Shown here one piece after another: positions 41,195-54,679 of a stretch of 64,000 bases of DNA. The DNA is from Laetmonice hystrix. Lineage: Eukaryota. A model generated the notes under the pieces. That model had not been told where the DNA came from and searched no databases. It worked only from the letters and a program-made list of their open reading frames with translations. Position numbers and translations under genes: made by a program. The stretch covers positions 11,224,001 through 11,288,000 of the forward strand of contig OZ249436.1 of the NCBI GenBank assembly GCA_965235115.1, read 5' to 3'. The first letter of the stretch is position 1. Each line of letters opens with the position of its first letter.

Positions 41195-43931
41195 AAGGCA
41201 GGAAAGTGTTATGTAACAAAATTCAGGTCATTTATAAATAAATGTGACTCCTAGGCTTGCCACTTTAGTTGCTCAGCCGACAGCTCTACACGGGAGACGA
41301 ATTTCTCCCACATCACTGCTATAAATGTAATCTTTTATGGCGCTGTTATTGGCATAAAGAAATAAATTATAACGTTGCTATCATGATTTAAAGTATTTTT
41401 TTACCAATGTCTTTCTTTTATCTCCATGTAATAAACTTAACCTATTCGTTAATGTCTGCCTCTTTTATAATAATATCTTAATTGTATTTGTTAACGTCTG
41501 GTTTATCGCTTTTTTCATCTGTACAATTTATTAAGATCCATAAAATATATTTTGTCATGTTATTTCGTCCCGGAATTCAATGTATAATGATATCGATCAT
41601 TCGAATCAGACAAAAAGACAAAGACGGAGAGGGAGTATTGTCCTGTTTGTATTGCCTGCCCCCTGTCCATGTGTCTAGAGTAGATGCCGGCTATTTCTGT
41701 CCTTACTTATCTCTACATCAATTCGTATTCTCGACAGGACAGAGAGAGCGGGGATTGTCCACCTGACCAGTATTTGTTATATCTCATACATTACTGGCCT
41801 CAATCTAAATGTAGCTCGGACTGGTCTGTATTCATTATATTCAAGTTTAATTTACTGTATATAAAATCTGTATCCCGGGGTATCACATAATCTCGAATTC
41901 TGCAGTGACATGGCTTGAATGACTTCTTAAAGTAGAATACATTTCAGATATAGAATATAATATATTATGGTTATATGGCCTGGACTAGATCTGGCAACTG
42001 CTGGAGACATTGCCACTCACCGGGGATAGACAGGTGCTGGCACTGCTGTCGTTAACTATGTTAAAGAGTCAGTGGCGAGCCATAAATGGTGCATAACGAG
42101 GTAACATAGTCGAGGCTGGGGGTGCGTGATTGGCGTGGACACGGCCGCTCGGATGACGGCTAACCCAGAGCAGAGAGTCGTTGTTCATCAAGAGCTCGTT
42201 GAGCTGACGATGCCATCTAACGACCGAAACTGGCTCAGATTGCTCACAGCCACGGCTAGCTCAGTTTTTCTCCTGTTTCTCCCTCGCCGTGTCGATAAGG
42301 CACGTTCAGCTGGTGATGCTATATATCGGAGCGCAGCGAAGAGGTCAGATTGGCCAGACATGTCTATAGACAGGGAGAAAACTCTTTTCTTTTCCTCCAA
42401 CCCAATGAACTACGATAGGCAGGCACGACTTGTGAAACCCGGTTGTTGTCGGAATGTTTCCGATAACGGCACACCCTGGTTGTGATCCCATTGAACCACT
42501 CACAACGATATGTCATTATTTCTACTATGGTTTCTGGTCGATTTAAAAAAAAACTCTTAAATCCATCACATTTAAACCAGAAAACCAGAAATAGCCAAGT
42601 ATAAAAGAGTGTGACGCAGGTTATCGGGGGTGGGAGTTAGAACCCTGAAGTATCTCCACGAGTTATATGATGTACCTCCTAGGATTTAACGACACTGTAA
42701 ACACGGCTGGTGTCCGACCTCCTCCTCGGCTGGTATGACCATCATCCGGCCAGCCGAATCTAGTTGGGGACCAAAGCGTAGCTTAACCTTTCCCTCCTCA
42801 CTTCGTTAACAATCGGTTAGAGTTAGGGGTAGGGATAGGGATAGATACAATACAAAACTTGTCATATGGAAATGACCTCCGCTTTAGTCCCGAACTAACG
42901 TAGGAAAAAAAATAGATATCGGTAGTAGATTATACGAGCTCCCTGGGTGTATAATCGATACCTTCACTGTGTGTATGTCAACACTCACGATGACCCCACG
43001 CAATGTTCAGGTCATCGCGACTTTTAAAAACCCTATTATTTCTGGCGCCGATCCAAGGGGTGGGGCGCGTAGCCCAAACCCCCTTCGAAAAAGTAGCAAA
43101 AATGCTGGAAGGCTATAGCCTAAAAGCTTAGGCGTTTTTGGCCTTCTATCTTCAAAAGTTTTCTGGGAGAGAACCCCGACCCCCATGAAGGCGGGATTCC
43201 ATCGGGTTCACTCAAACAAATTGACTCTCGTGATTGCTCGCCTGATCTAGCGATTCTAATACACTTACCTCGGGGGCATTCACTCACCTTAGCTATAGGA
43301 CAAAAAAACCTTAGTCCTATTGTACAATGACACAATGGGGAGCTTATGTAGGGCATTGTGCATGAGGCTGGATGCATACTTTGTAAGCACAGAATTGATG
43401 GAAGACCGGAAGTACTTCCGTAGCAAAGAAAAGCAAAGGTTCCCTTAAAGGTGAATGTATTTTCGTAAAAGGTTACAGTAAAGCAGAAATACTTAGCAAG
43501 GAAATGTGAAGGGTTACGTCTCAAGCAAGGAGTAAATTATGCGGTAAATATCGCAGACGATTTGTGAGCATGGTTGACATTCGTGACGGTGTGGGGGAGT
43601 AAAATGCATTGTCATCATTTCACAACCTCACAGAAAAGGAAACGTTCTAAATATATCCGTATCTTACCACAATGTGGATAATGACATCATAAATGATATA
43701 AACTTTGACGTATGTGGATGGATATATTACGAAATGTTTTACTAAAGAAGCCCCCCCCCCTCCCTGTCGTAGACGTTCGGACTAAACGACTTGGGAGGGA
43801 GGATAACTTTCACATCCGGGATACAATAGAACAATTTCTGAAGCATTCTGCATATTTAGGGTTGTCATGGCTATAACACGTACGCTCAAGACTGTATTAT
43901 TGTATTTAGCATGGTAGCACATCATTTCCTG

Positions 43932-44378
43932 TGCAATACGCTAGGATGTGAGTTGTTAGCTGTGCATGGTCTGACTCCAGGGGGATGCAATACGCTAGGA
44001 TGTGAGTTGTTACCTGTGCATGGTCTGACTCCACGGGGGTGTAATACGCTAGGATGTGAGTTGTTACTTGTGCATGGCCTGACTCCAGGGGGCTGCAATA
44101 CGCTAGGATGTGAGTTGTTACCTGTGCATGGCCTGACTCCAGGGGGATGCAATACGCTAGGATGTGAGTTGTTACCTGTGCATGGTCTGACTCCAGGGGG
44201 ATGCAATACGCTAGGATGTGAGTTGTTACCTGTGCATGGTCTGACTCCAGGGGGCTGCAATACGCTAGGATGTGAGTTGTTACCTGTCCATGGTCTGACT
44301 CCAGGGGGATGCAATACGCTAGGATGTGAGTTGTTACTTGTGCATGGCCTGACTCCAGGGAGAGGGGTGCAATACGCC
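43932..44378. repeat. Minisatellite, 54-bp unit, about 8 copies
   Basis: GCAATACGCTAGGATGTGAGTTGTTACCTGTGCATGGTCTGACTCCAGGGGGAT tandem. Confidence 0.96.
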
Positions 44379-44559
44379 AGGACGACAGCATCGTAAACCA
44401 ATCAAATCAGAACGCCACTATTCATATTGTGGGCGGATTTATTGTCCTGCAACCGTTGTTAAGAATAATGACTTACACTCCTTAAGATTGTAGACTCGTA
44501 TATTATGCGATTATATTCGCTGCCTAATGCCGCGGTGGGGGGTAACAGGATTTAATTAC

Positions 44560-46135
44560 GCAGGATATAGCCTTGGTCAGCAGGGAACGTCTGATGGTGT
44601 CATGCAATTATGTGATCTGTCTTAGATTGATCTTTAATAGAGGAAGGTTTGCTCGATAGGCCTCCCTCTTTGACACCGAAAGCACTGACATTTTTAACGA
44701 TAGCAACCATGACTTAATTGCACTTATTAACGGATCTTTAATAGTTGTACATTCAGTAAATATTGCAGTTTTACTATTATTAGAGGAAACCTTCAATGAG
44801 ACTACGACCATGAGATATTTTACAAAGTCCACCGAGGGAACCTTCGGAATGATAATGGTCAGTTTAATACCGCCTGCACGTACAGCGATAGATTATACAA
44901 TGATATTGATTTCCTTCAACTGCTGCCCCCATAACGAATCCTCGTTTAGTATCTAGGCCGGTCACGATATGTCCTCTAGGTATGATCCGACTGAAGAGGT
45001 GCCTGTAGCGTTCAGAGCAGGCGGATGGAGAAATCAGATTGCCTTAACGAGGCCCCTCGCTCCGAGCATGGTGAGGGTTGCTCACAGCCTGCGGGAAACC
45101 CTCCAGAAGTATTTAGTGACACATCATGATCATCGACCGTTCTCTCCTTTAGTTAACCTCTCGCAAGGGTTCCCTATCGGTAAATGGTGGAGCAACACGT
45201 TTCAGCGATCCATGATACATCGCTAGGAGGTGCCTGTCGATAGTATACCTCATGGTACATGTATGAGGGGTTCTACACACGTCAATGTCTGGTCAATGCT
45301 GCTTCATTACGACTCGTGTATTGCCAACAAAACAAAGGATCATGGGGTTGATACTTTTGTGAATGATTACCCAATGGTGTGTACTATAACTGACAGACGC
45401 TTGTTTGTTCGGAAACAGTAGGATTAAATCACTCAGCTGTTGCTTGTGTATGGTACATAATGCGTACAGTCCGACAACCATGTGTATTAGGCCTATAAGG
45501 TAATATGTTACCATCATTCGTGCTTCAGCAGAATCCTACTTATTCTGGCATAGTTCCCCCTTCACGAAGATTACAAATGGTGTTACGGTAGAGGTCATTC
45601 CTTTGATTTTCTCAGGTCATGAATCTATAGAACGGAAGTCACCTTTAGTTCACCTCCATAGGCTAACATCGGACAGCGCCCTTTAATTAGGTTAACAGTA
45701 CGCCCTCGGCGGTGCTCACAACCCAGCTCAAGACCCAGTTTCAATGGGTTTCTGACATTTCTGTGTGATTGTAGATGTTATCTGTGTAATCGGGAGATTC
45801 TGCCTTGGAAGCCTTGAGTGAAGCACCAGGGTGCCTGCAGAGACTATCGAGTTACAAACATCTGTAGGCCTACATCACCATTTCAGCCTGGGTGATTTTG
45901 CGAATAGGTATCCTAGGTTTTCGGCAATGTTACCTGGTATTCCGGACTTGAAAGAGTCAACAAACTCAGCTCTAGACCAGTGGTTATTACTGAGTTTGTG
46001 GGCCCGTCAAACCCTGAACATAAGGCGCGCAGCGTCAGGATCCAGACGTCATTAGGACCCATACTTGTCGGTAGGAATTAAATATGTTCTCGGTCAGGTC
46101 AACGAGATTATGGTGATGCACCCTGCACCTGAACA
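44560..46135 (+). mobile_element. Probable decayed Gypsy pol relic (RT end, RNase H, integrase)
   Basis: Ordered weak motifs: LG....DG, EEVPVAF, YLVTHHDHRP..L...KWW...IHR, then FCVIVD, AETIE, GIP, QTL. Confidence 0.4.
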
Positions 46136-48150
46136 GTAAATGACGTATGTAGGACATCATAAAACGCTGAGCCCGAGTGGGCGCAGCTGCACGACTTGCA
46201 TCTTGATTACAACTAATTTTACTCTCAGATAATGTATTCCCCTTTAATTAACACGTCGTGTATTTAACACGTACACACGTAAAACAATACATGCATACAT
46301 CTAATATATCATGTACATCTCTTTGATCACTGATAGAACATTTCTAGGAAGATAATTTGTAAATTTCCAGGAAACGAAACTTCGGCGAATCCCATAAGAT
46401 GTAAACCTATACGAGCGTCTTCAGGCGGATATTTACAACCTTGGTTAACTGACTACCACATGCTAGGTCGGTCTGGTTTCTCTGGTTCTTAAAGAAGTTT
46501 CAACGTTGATCAGTTCGAACAGGTTTCTCGAAACGAAGTTTAAGAGGCACTTCACGCATTAAAAGTGTGCACGCGTGCCTCTATGTTGTGTACCGGAGAC
46601 GGACGCCGAAGTGTTTACGATTCATGCGTCAAGCCTCAGGAACCCCATGCTGACCGACAGGGCATGCCGGTATGTAGCCCAGATGTTAGGGGTTGTATAA
46701 TCACAGGAAAGCCTCATATAACCTAGGTTGTTCATGCACTTGAAAAAGAGTACACCCCTCAGCTGGTCGTCTCGTTGTAGGCGGTCCACCATCCGTTATG
46801 GCTGTCATTTACCGTTTTGCCCTTGATATCCTAATGTACTCAGAATGAAGGCTGGAATCTTGACGACTCTCGGCTATCATTTCTATGAGTGATTGTGTAT
46901 GACTTGTCCCGGATGTACATGTACTCCAATAAAACGGTACATAACTCCGGTCCGTGCACGCTGACGTCACAGCCTCCCGCCCAGATGTGGCTTCCTCCCG
47001 TATACCATGATAACTGGCGTGCTATAAACTTTGAGGTCGGTCCCACTGAGCTTTACTCGGGCCCTGGATGGAAGATGATCTGCCCTACTGTTAACATGCA
47101 GCCTTCTAGATGATCGTTATGTATGAGGTACATGAGGGACTGATAAACATGCACTGGGTTTACCTCTCATATAATGTAACCACGAGACTGCCCGATCTCA
47201 AGTCACTCATGTTTCCTAACTTAAACGGGATCAATTATATCCAATTTTCCAGAGATAACCTGTCCTGTCTGCACAGAAATAAACACCTCAACAAAAGTAG
47301 ATTCCCCCCTAAATAATTGGTCATATTTTGAAAAGTATCCACCACAATGTGATGTTAGTAGGTTATGACCTCTGTTTTCAATCAAAGCCTTTTTAGGATG
47401 AACTGAATTTTTGTCTAGTGTGAGAATCAGACGATATGCAAAACCTGATCACTGAAAGCAATAGTTTCTGCCAAACCCTCTTACTGTTTTGGGCTAGTAA
47501 TTTTTTTGTTCCACTTTGCCGAGGTTTATAGTGTGTGTTCGTGAAGCCCTGTCAACTCAAAGTTGTTCCTCCCACTGTCAGGATTTAATGCCTACCCTTT
47601 GCTGCCATCGTTGGCTTCGCCATCTTGCTTCGACAACAATAACTTTACTCGGGGTGTTCCTATTGGCTAACCAGAAATGCAAGCTAATTTTCATGAATCG
47701 CGCAGGCAGTGCTGTAATCTGATTGGTGCTTGTGGTACTGCAAGTAGGCCGCAAGGAGAATTATTAGGTCGTAAGCAGATGACGCTACGATCTTTTCTCC
47801 GGTGAAAAAAGGCTGGCTGTCGTGGGGGGGGGGGGGGGGGAGGGGGTCGCTCTAAGCGGTTCAACCCCGAGCGAGGGATGATGGGTAACCCTAGGAAACA
47901 ACAAACACACAGTCATTATGTTTATAAGCGGAGATTTATTAGATTTGTGAGGTGGTTTCATACATTAGGAGGCAGACACTATAACGCAATAATCTCTCTC
48001 CCTCGTATCTAAGTTCAGCTTAACATCATGGCTTGCCCTCGTTCTTTCAATGGACGACCTATTTAACAATACATAATAAATAACTATGTCAAAAACACTT
48101 CTCCCGTGGCGACCTCTTTAATAAATTCACTTTGCCTACTGATGAAAATA

Positions 48151-48780
48151 CTGGTACAGAGTGAGATGGCGCCTAGTTCGGACTAGTCTCTCAAACTGGT
48201 ACAGAGTGAGATGACGCCTAGTTCGGACTAGTCTCTCAAACTGGTACAGAGTGAGATGACGCCTAGTTCGGACTAGTCTCTCAAACTGGTACAGAGTGAG
48301 ATGACGCCTAGTTCGGACTAGTCTCTTAAACTGGTACAGAGTGAGATGGCGCCTAGTTCGGATTAGTCTCTCAAACTGGTACAGAGTGAGATAACGCCTA
48401 GTTCGGACTAGTCTCTCAAACTGGTACAGAGTAAGATGACGCCTAGTTCGGACTAGTCTCTCAAACTGGTACAGAGTGAGATGACGCCTAGTTCGGACTA
48501 GTCTCTCAAATGGGTACAGAGTGAGATGACACCTAGTTCGGACTAGTCTCTCAAACTGGTACAGAGTGAGATGACGCCTAGTTCGGACTAGTCTATCAAA
48601 CTGGTACAGAGTTAGATGACGCCTAATTCGGACTAGTCTCTCAAACTGGTACAGAGTGAGATGACGCCTAGTTCGGACTAGTCTGTCAAACTGGTACAGA
48701 GTGAGATGACGCCTAGTTCGGACTAGTCTCTCAAACTGGTACAGAGTGAGATGACGCCTAGTTCGGGCTAGTCTTTCAAA
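48151..48780. repeat. Minisatellite, 45-bp unit, 14 copies
   Basis: CTGGTACAGAGTGAGATGACGCCTAGTTCGGACTAGTCTCTCAAA tandem. Confidence 0.97.
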
Positions 48781-49149
48781 TCTAAGAAATGTTAATCTCT
48801 GATTTGTTAAATTTCCAATTTAATTATCATCCAATTTGATAAACTAGTTTATATCTGATTAGTCACAAGACTAATTCTTGTCTTCTTTTACTATTATTCG
48901 ACTTTCTAGATGAAAAAAGATTAAAACGTCATTAACCTCGATTAAATTTCTAATGTAATTATTATTTTCTTATTCTTTTCTTAGACTTTTTGAATAATAT
49001 CCACAGCTTTGAGGCATTTCGATTCGTGTCTTTGCGCACACAATGATTGTGACTATTAATTGCCTTTGTTTGTCCCTCTATAGGCCTTCATTATCACTCA
49101 TTTGTCATGTTACCTGTATGCTTGATTGGAAAGAAAATTAGATCGCACA

Positions 49150-49650
49150 TACGGACCTTATGGTATCAGCGTGGGAATCGTTCTCTTGCATTGAGCTATA
49201 TTAGGCCACGAACACCAGCAATTAGGCAAAGGTTTGGTATCTTGTGAACCAAAAAGTGACGCTCGAGAATAATGCTCATAATGGTGGACTCCTGCGTATT
49301 GTGTCAATGCCAAATGGTGCTGGCGGTACTTAACGAAGTTACTTGTGTTCGGTCAATACCTTTGTTATTAGGTATGCTAACACGAGTGCCGCTATCAGCT
49401 AGCCAGGATTGCCCATGTAGCTGTCTCAATGTGCCGTCATTCAGCAGACATATCTCCAAGACCCGCGAGGCTCTGCCTGTGTTTGGGTAACTGCATTGCC
49501 ACTGTTTTCCGTCTATCTCTGTACTACGGAGCCGGACGGGCGTTGTCAGCACCTGATTGCACACGTGCCTTCACAGATTGGCATCTGATTTGCTTTCTTA
49601 CAGTGAGGGCAGTGCGGCCCCTTAAGGCTTAAACTCCCTCCCCATGCAAC
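49150..49650 (+). mobile_element. Probable decayed Gypsy integrase fragment (Zn-finger region)
   Basis: RGNR...GI..TK..ARE followed by MVDSCVLCQ (C-x2-C), then GLP and PSFS, across stops and frameshifts. Confidence 0.4.
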
Positions 49651-51373
49651 CAACCCGCCTCCTTCCCCTCCACAGTTGAGTGTTAACGACGAGCTACCGG
49701 GGCATACTTCAGTCGAGTTCTCCGCTTCTGTTAGTTCTTCTCCTGCAGTGGCGAGAACGTATCATACGGAAACGGAATGTATTTTAAAGCTGAACTAATG
49801 GCGCGTTGAGAGCTAATCGTAGCCTGTAATAAGTGCCGTATCACCTACAATAAAGTTTCCCTTCATTATGCAGCTTGCCCAAACATCCACGCGCCTTGCA
49901 ATAAGAATGGAAAATTGAAGTATGATCAACGCCCACAAATGGTGCGACATCATATAAGTTAATTAGCAGTACAGGTACAGGTTGTGTGTTACGGGCGGGC
50001 TTCAAAATGGGCAGGTTTCTCTTTCTATGCCCAGTTAAAAACCCCCACCCTCGTTTTATTCTAGAGGCTCTTGCCACTAATCTTTAAAAATACATGTGTG
50101 TTGCAGATCCAAATGAACTGAGAAAAAAATATCCTGCTTTACCTTGATGATGTTTTTTCACACCTTAATGATCTGATATGGTATGTGTCATTTGCATGTG
50201 CTTGACGGCTTGGCCAGCACGGCAATCGACGTGATATTTTGTGATCACCTAAATAATTCCTCGCTGCGTGCAGGCGATGTTCGGCTCGGAATATTCATGA
50301 AGGCAATGTAGAGATAGTATGTTAATCTTGTAAATGTTGGGTCATGAATGGTGCTAATCCCGAGACCTGGCTAACGGTGTCCATGGATCAACCGACTGGG
50401 GACTGGGAGGCTTAAAGCAGGACAGGTCAGCCGGGCTGTGTCCTGCGAGTGTGTGCAATCATGGCGCCGATAGCAGGAGCCTCCCTCCCCCTCCTCGTCC
50501 ACCGCACCCTCAAGGTCGAGATATATATACACGTAAACCTTTAATGTCACCACACACGGGGGTCGACCTCAACCAGCACCTTCGTCTATATTCTCCATAA
50601 TATTCGTGTTGAGTCTCCTGAATAAGGTCGTGTTGAGTCTTCTGAATATGGTCGGGTTATGAGTTCTACATGACAGGTACAGGCGTTCACTATCCAATTA
50701 ATCACCCATTCCCCGAGAGAAAAAGAGAAAAAAAAGAATCAGTACTGGTGACACAAAGGAAGCATACATATACATGTATATATAGCGTCCTCAGTCACTA
50801 TTGTATGGGGTTGTCTTGCTCTTTGCTCTGTTAATGTACTTTTATCAGATTCACCAACAGAGACATTTACATACCGCCTCCATACATTTCATCAAATGCA
50901 TACATTGCGTTTTCACTTTCTGACCGTGCGTAGGCGAGATATACTTGGATACAATAAAGCAGTATTCTGGGTGTGTTCCGAGTGAAGACACCTTTAAGTC
51001 GGCCCGACCGACAACTGTATCCTATACTGTGACAGCAAGGATCACGACCGGTGCAGGATAGACACCATTCTGTCTCCTAAAGCGGATTGCCATTGAATTT
51101 CAATGGCAATTTTAGCGAGCGAGAATTTATTCAACGGCCCAGGATAAAAGAGAGAGGCTGGCGTGATTTGATAAGGTGGTGGCGACAACTCACTTTGACT
51201 GAATCATTACAGATCCGGCAAGGATTCGTGTAACGGAAAGTTATCCTGATTAAGTCCGTACCGAGAAACGAATCACCATTAACGTATACGTTGGGCTCCG
51301 CGGTTCTTCTCTATCGGCAACAACAGTACTGTAAAGTAAAGAGTCGAGTCCTATATCGAGTAACCTCGCTTAT

Positions 51374-51443
51374 ACTCTCTCTGTCTCTCCGTCTCTGTCT
51401 CTCTCTGTCTCTCTCTTTGTGCCTTTCTCTCTCTCTCTCTCTG
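51374..51443. repeat. (CT)n microsatellite, interrupted
   Basis: Visible directly. Confidence 0.85.
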
Positions 51444-52499
51444 TCATTTTTCATGTAGAAAGAAAGATGATAAGATACATATTGTATAAAATACTGATGC
51501 CGGCGACAATATCAGGAACTTTTTTTCAAAAATAAAAACGCTCTATAGGCTATATTAACTTAATCCGTTACTACACAATGCAGGGCTAAAAATATATGTG
51601 CTATTACGATTCACTAGACACACAGATTCATGGTATGACAAGAACCAAGAGGTTAAACATCAATGCTCGTGAATTAGACAGAAAACAAAGAGTCACTTTA
51701 CACAAACTGATAGTATCTCTGTCGGGAAAATATTATTGATAAAAAATTTCCGAGCAAAAACGACCGGAGAAGACAATGTAGATGGGGATAAGATAGTTAT
51801 AGTGAAGATGATAGTAGAAACATTATAAATGTCTTTGATAAAACAAGGAGACATTTTTCCGGACAGTAAGCATGCAGTTCATTATTGTTCTATTCTGCCA
51901 CAATTGGCAGGTGGTACACGTTTAGTACGAAACCATAGAAGCAAGTGGCTAGAGGCACACAATGAAAAGTGAAACAGATGTATCTATACAAATTGGTGGG
52001 GGAGGGAAGCTGCAATTATGCCGTATTCGGTCTCGATGTCTCTTATTTCTACCCTGGCAGGCCCTCGAGCAGCAGTTCTTAGAAAATTACCTGGGGTAAT
52101 TTTCTATCTGATATACTAAACCAACATATCAGGTTTGTGGTAATTCCGATTGCACGACACCACGAGAAGTACCCATGTTCGATGTAAATAATTTGTAAGG
52201 GATGCATGTGCTGGTCTAATATGATACGACTATTTGAAGGCGAATTAGCCGTCAGCCATCGATATCCATTCAGATGTAGTACAGTTTGTTGTTTGTTACT
52301 TAAAGGAAATATGTCACGGGGGTATCGACCGAAATGTTCAGTTTTCTGCTTACCTGCTCACCACTGACGTACTTTATGGCACTGATTGTTTTTCATATTG
52401 ATTCTGTTAACACATACATACGAGTAGACAGCTGTGACATTCTCCCTAATGTAGAAAAATGAATAAAACTAGCTGCAGTGTCCGCAAAATCCGCCATCT

Positions 52500-52557
52500 A
52501 AGTAAATAACAAATAAATAAATAAACAAATAAATGAATAAATAAGTAAATAACAAAT
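52500..52557. repeat. (AAAT)n microsatellite, degenerate
   Basis: Visible directly. Confidence 0.8.
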
Positions 52558-52867
52558 CTATAAAATGATAGTGGGACTATAATGGCCCATCCGCCGATCG
52601 TGGGGGTCTCGGAATTTAAGTGTCATTTTCAGTGACCGCATTAAGAATTGGCGATTCTTTTTTACAAAAGACCGGCCAAAGCTACATAAATAGGCAAGGA
52701 TACCTTTGGGGCATATCGTAGAACCGCAATGCAGACATATTTTTGCTGAAAGACGACGTATTATTTGAAATTCGTGACATATTACCTTTAACATCAATAT
52801 GTCGTCCAAGTCGTCAGTTTTACTCATAATTATAACCGCCGGGTTCTCTATCATTATATTTTCACAG

Positions 52868-53089
52868 GTCATCAAGATGCTGAGTGTGGTGGTTGCCCTA
52901 TTCGGTATTTGCTGGTTGCCTCTGCATGTTTTCTTCTTGGTGCTTGACTTTGCGCCGTCCGTGACCCAGGCAATGACCCCGGCCAAGGAACGTTTTCTCA
53001 ACGCTCTGTACTATGGCGTCCACTGGCTCGCTATGTCGAACAGTTTCGTCAATCCTATCATTTACGGCTTCCTCAACGATAGCTTCAGG
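52868..53089 (+). CDS. Same GPCR, coding exon 2 (TM6-TM7)
   Basis: Acceptor TTTTCACAG|GTC. Encodes VIKMLSVVVALFGICWLPLH (CWxP) and HWLAMSNSFVNPIIYGFLNDSFR (NPxxY). Donor AGG|GTGAGT; 222 nt, phase 0. Joins exon 1 to give RSKRK-VIKML. Confidence 0.93.
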
Positions 53090-53197
53090 GTGAGTACCGA
53101 CATATATTAATAGGAACCTCTGGAGAAACTAATTTGACTCGTACTTTCATGTTTTTGCAATGTTATACGTTAAAGAACAATTTTAGCCACTTGTGTA

Positions 53198-54004
53198 CAG
53201 TGGCGTAGCTGGGGTCTTCATGGTAGGGGGGGGGGGCACCTGGGGGGCACGCCCTCCTGTGGGGGGGGGGCGCACACGTGCAGATGGAAAACGGAGATCT
53301 TTGGGCCAAATGAGTGACGAAGGCGCGAAGCACAGTTGGGGGGGGGGCTGAGGCCCCCAGGAAAATTGTGAAATTTCAGGTTATTTTGGGGACCTATAGT
53401 GCATTTTATACATAGCTAGGGGTATGGGGGGCATGGCCCCCAGGAAAATTTTGAAATTTCAGGTTATTTTGGGGACCTATAGTGCATTTTAGAACACAAA
53501 ATAAGGTATATGGCAGGAACGTTTAAGTTTTCCTGAGTAGAGGTTGTGAGAAATTACCAGAGTGCCAATTTTGAGGATTAAGATTGAACTACTTGACCAA
53601 GGTAGGCTAGGCCTATCTTCCTTTCTTTGTACCTAAGTCCATGGTTAATTAATAAACGAAGAGCCTAAATCATATTTGAAAGCAAGAGCTCCAGTTTTTG
53701 CTTTCATTAACTAAAAATGAAACAAATTTTAGTTTTTTAAGGAAAGGACTCTGGGTCAAATTTCTCCAGCAAAAGAAAAAAAAGAATCTTCAGAGTTTTT
53801 TCCTGACAATACTGGCATAGGGCCTAAATGTCCCTGGGGTAGAGATCAAATGGACAATAAAATCTATAAGCCCTGCTTTATACACAAGAATCCCCACAGG
53901 TAGGCCTACACAGGTAGGCCTAATTGCAAAATCGAGAGTGGGGGGCACCTGGGGGCACCAACCTTGACTAGGGGGGCACCCCCAGCCCCCTGGCTACGGC
54001 ACTG
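53198..54004. mobile_element. hAT-type MITE with 8-bp TSD
   Basis: CTTGTGTA|CAGTGGCGTAGC ... GCTACGGCACTG|CTTGTGTC (TSD 7/8 match); subterminal GGGGGCAC motifs; internal duplication of about 55 bp. Confidence 0.88.
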
Positions 54005-54426
54005 CTTGTGTCATTACTAGTGGACCGAATAAATAAAAATACATGTTTTTATACAAAAGATACTGGCCATCATTTGCCGACATTGCGTTCGACAACCAAT
54101 CTGTCAGTATTTCGTGCAGGAGGCAGCGCTTGTACAGAAACACAAAATGACATGTACCATTCAAAATATGGATCAGTAACGTGTGTTCGAGGCGACAGTG
54201 TGTAAACAGAGCGTGTGACGATCACTCTGCTGGTTCCTGCTCCAGGCGATAGGCCCCTTGTCTCCCGGCAGAAATGGCAGCTGGCAAACGACGGTAATCG
54301 ACACGTAAAAAACACATTCTCCACATAATAATGCGTACAGGTAGGCAAAGAGCAGTCAGGTTTTATTACAGCCTTCTGCATCGAATTGTCTAATTTCGAC
54401 AAACAGCATGAAAGGTCCGTTTGCTA

Positions 54427-54679
54427 AATTTACGCCGATTCCTATACGGTCACTAATAACATTATTATTTGTAATACCGAAACTATCGTTAATTTACGCC
54501 GATTTCTATACGGTCACTAATAACATTATTATTTGTAATACCGAAACTATCGTTAATTTACGCCGATTCCTATACGATCACTAATAACATTATTATTTGC
54601 AATACCGAAACTATCGTTAATTTACGCCGATTTCTATACGGTCACTAATAACGTTATTATTTGTAATACCGAAACTATC
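54427..54679. repeat. Tandem repeat, 64-bp unit, 4 copies
   Basis: AATTTACGCCGATTCCTATACGGTCACTAATAACATTATTATTTGTAATACCGAAACTATCGTT. Confidence 0.95.

Larger units (their letters stand above)
7131..52867 (+). other. Intron 1 of the GPCR (about 45.7 kb, GT-AG, phase 0)
   Basis: Bounded by GTACGT and CACAG; the flanking exons join in frame within ICL3. Confidence 0.88.

Noticed and set aside
15176..44401. Repetitive ORFs at 15176-15724, 21233-21677, 28747-29355 and 43906-44401
   Set aside because: Translations of minisatellites, open in several frames or strands; no evidence of coding.
52799..52867. N-terminal part of ORF 52799-53110 (likewise 59972-60130 of ORF 59972-60415)
   Set aside because: Intronic sequence upstream of clear splice acceptors.
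7131..52867. Recursive splice site in the long intron
   Set aside because: I did not find a convincing polypyrimidine-YAG|GTRAG motif by eye; a systematic scan could still find one.
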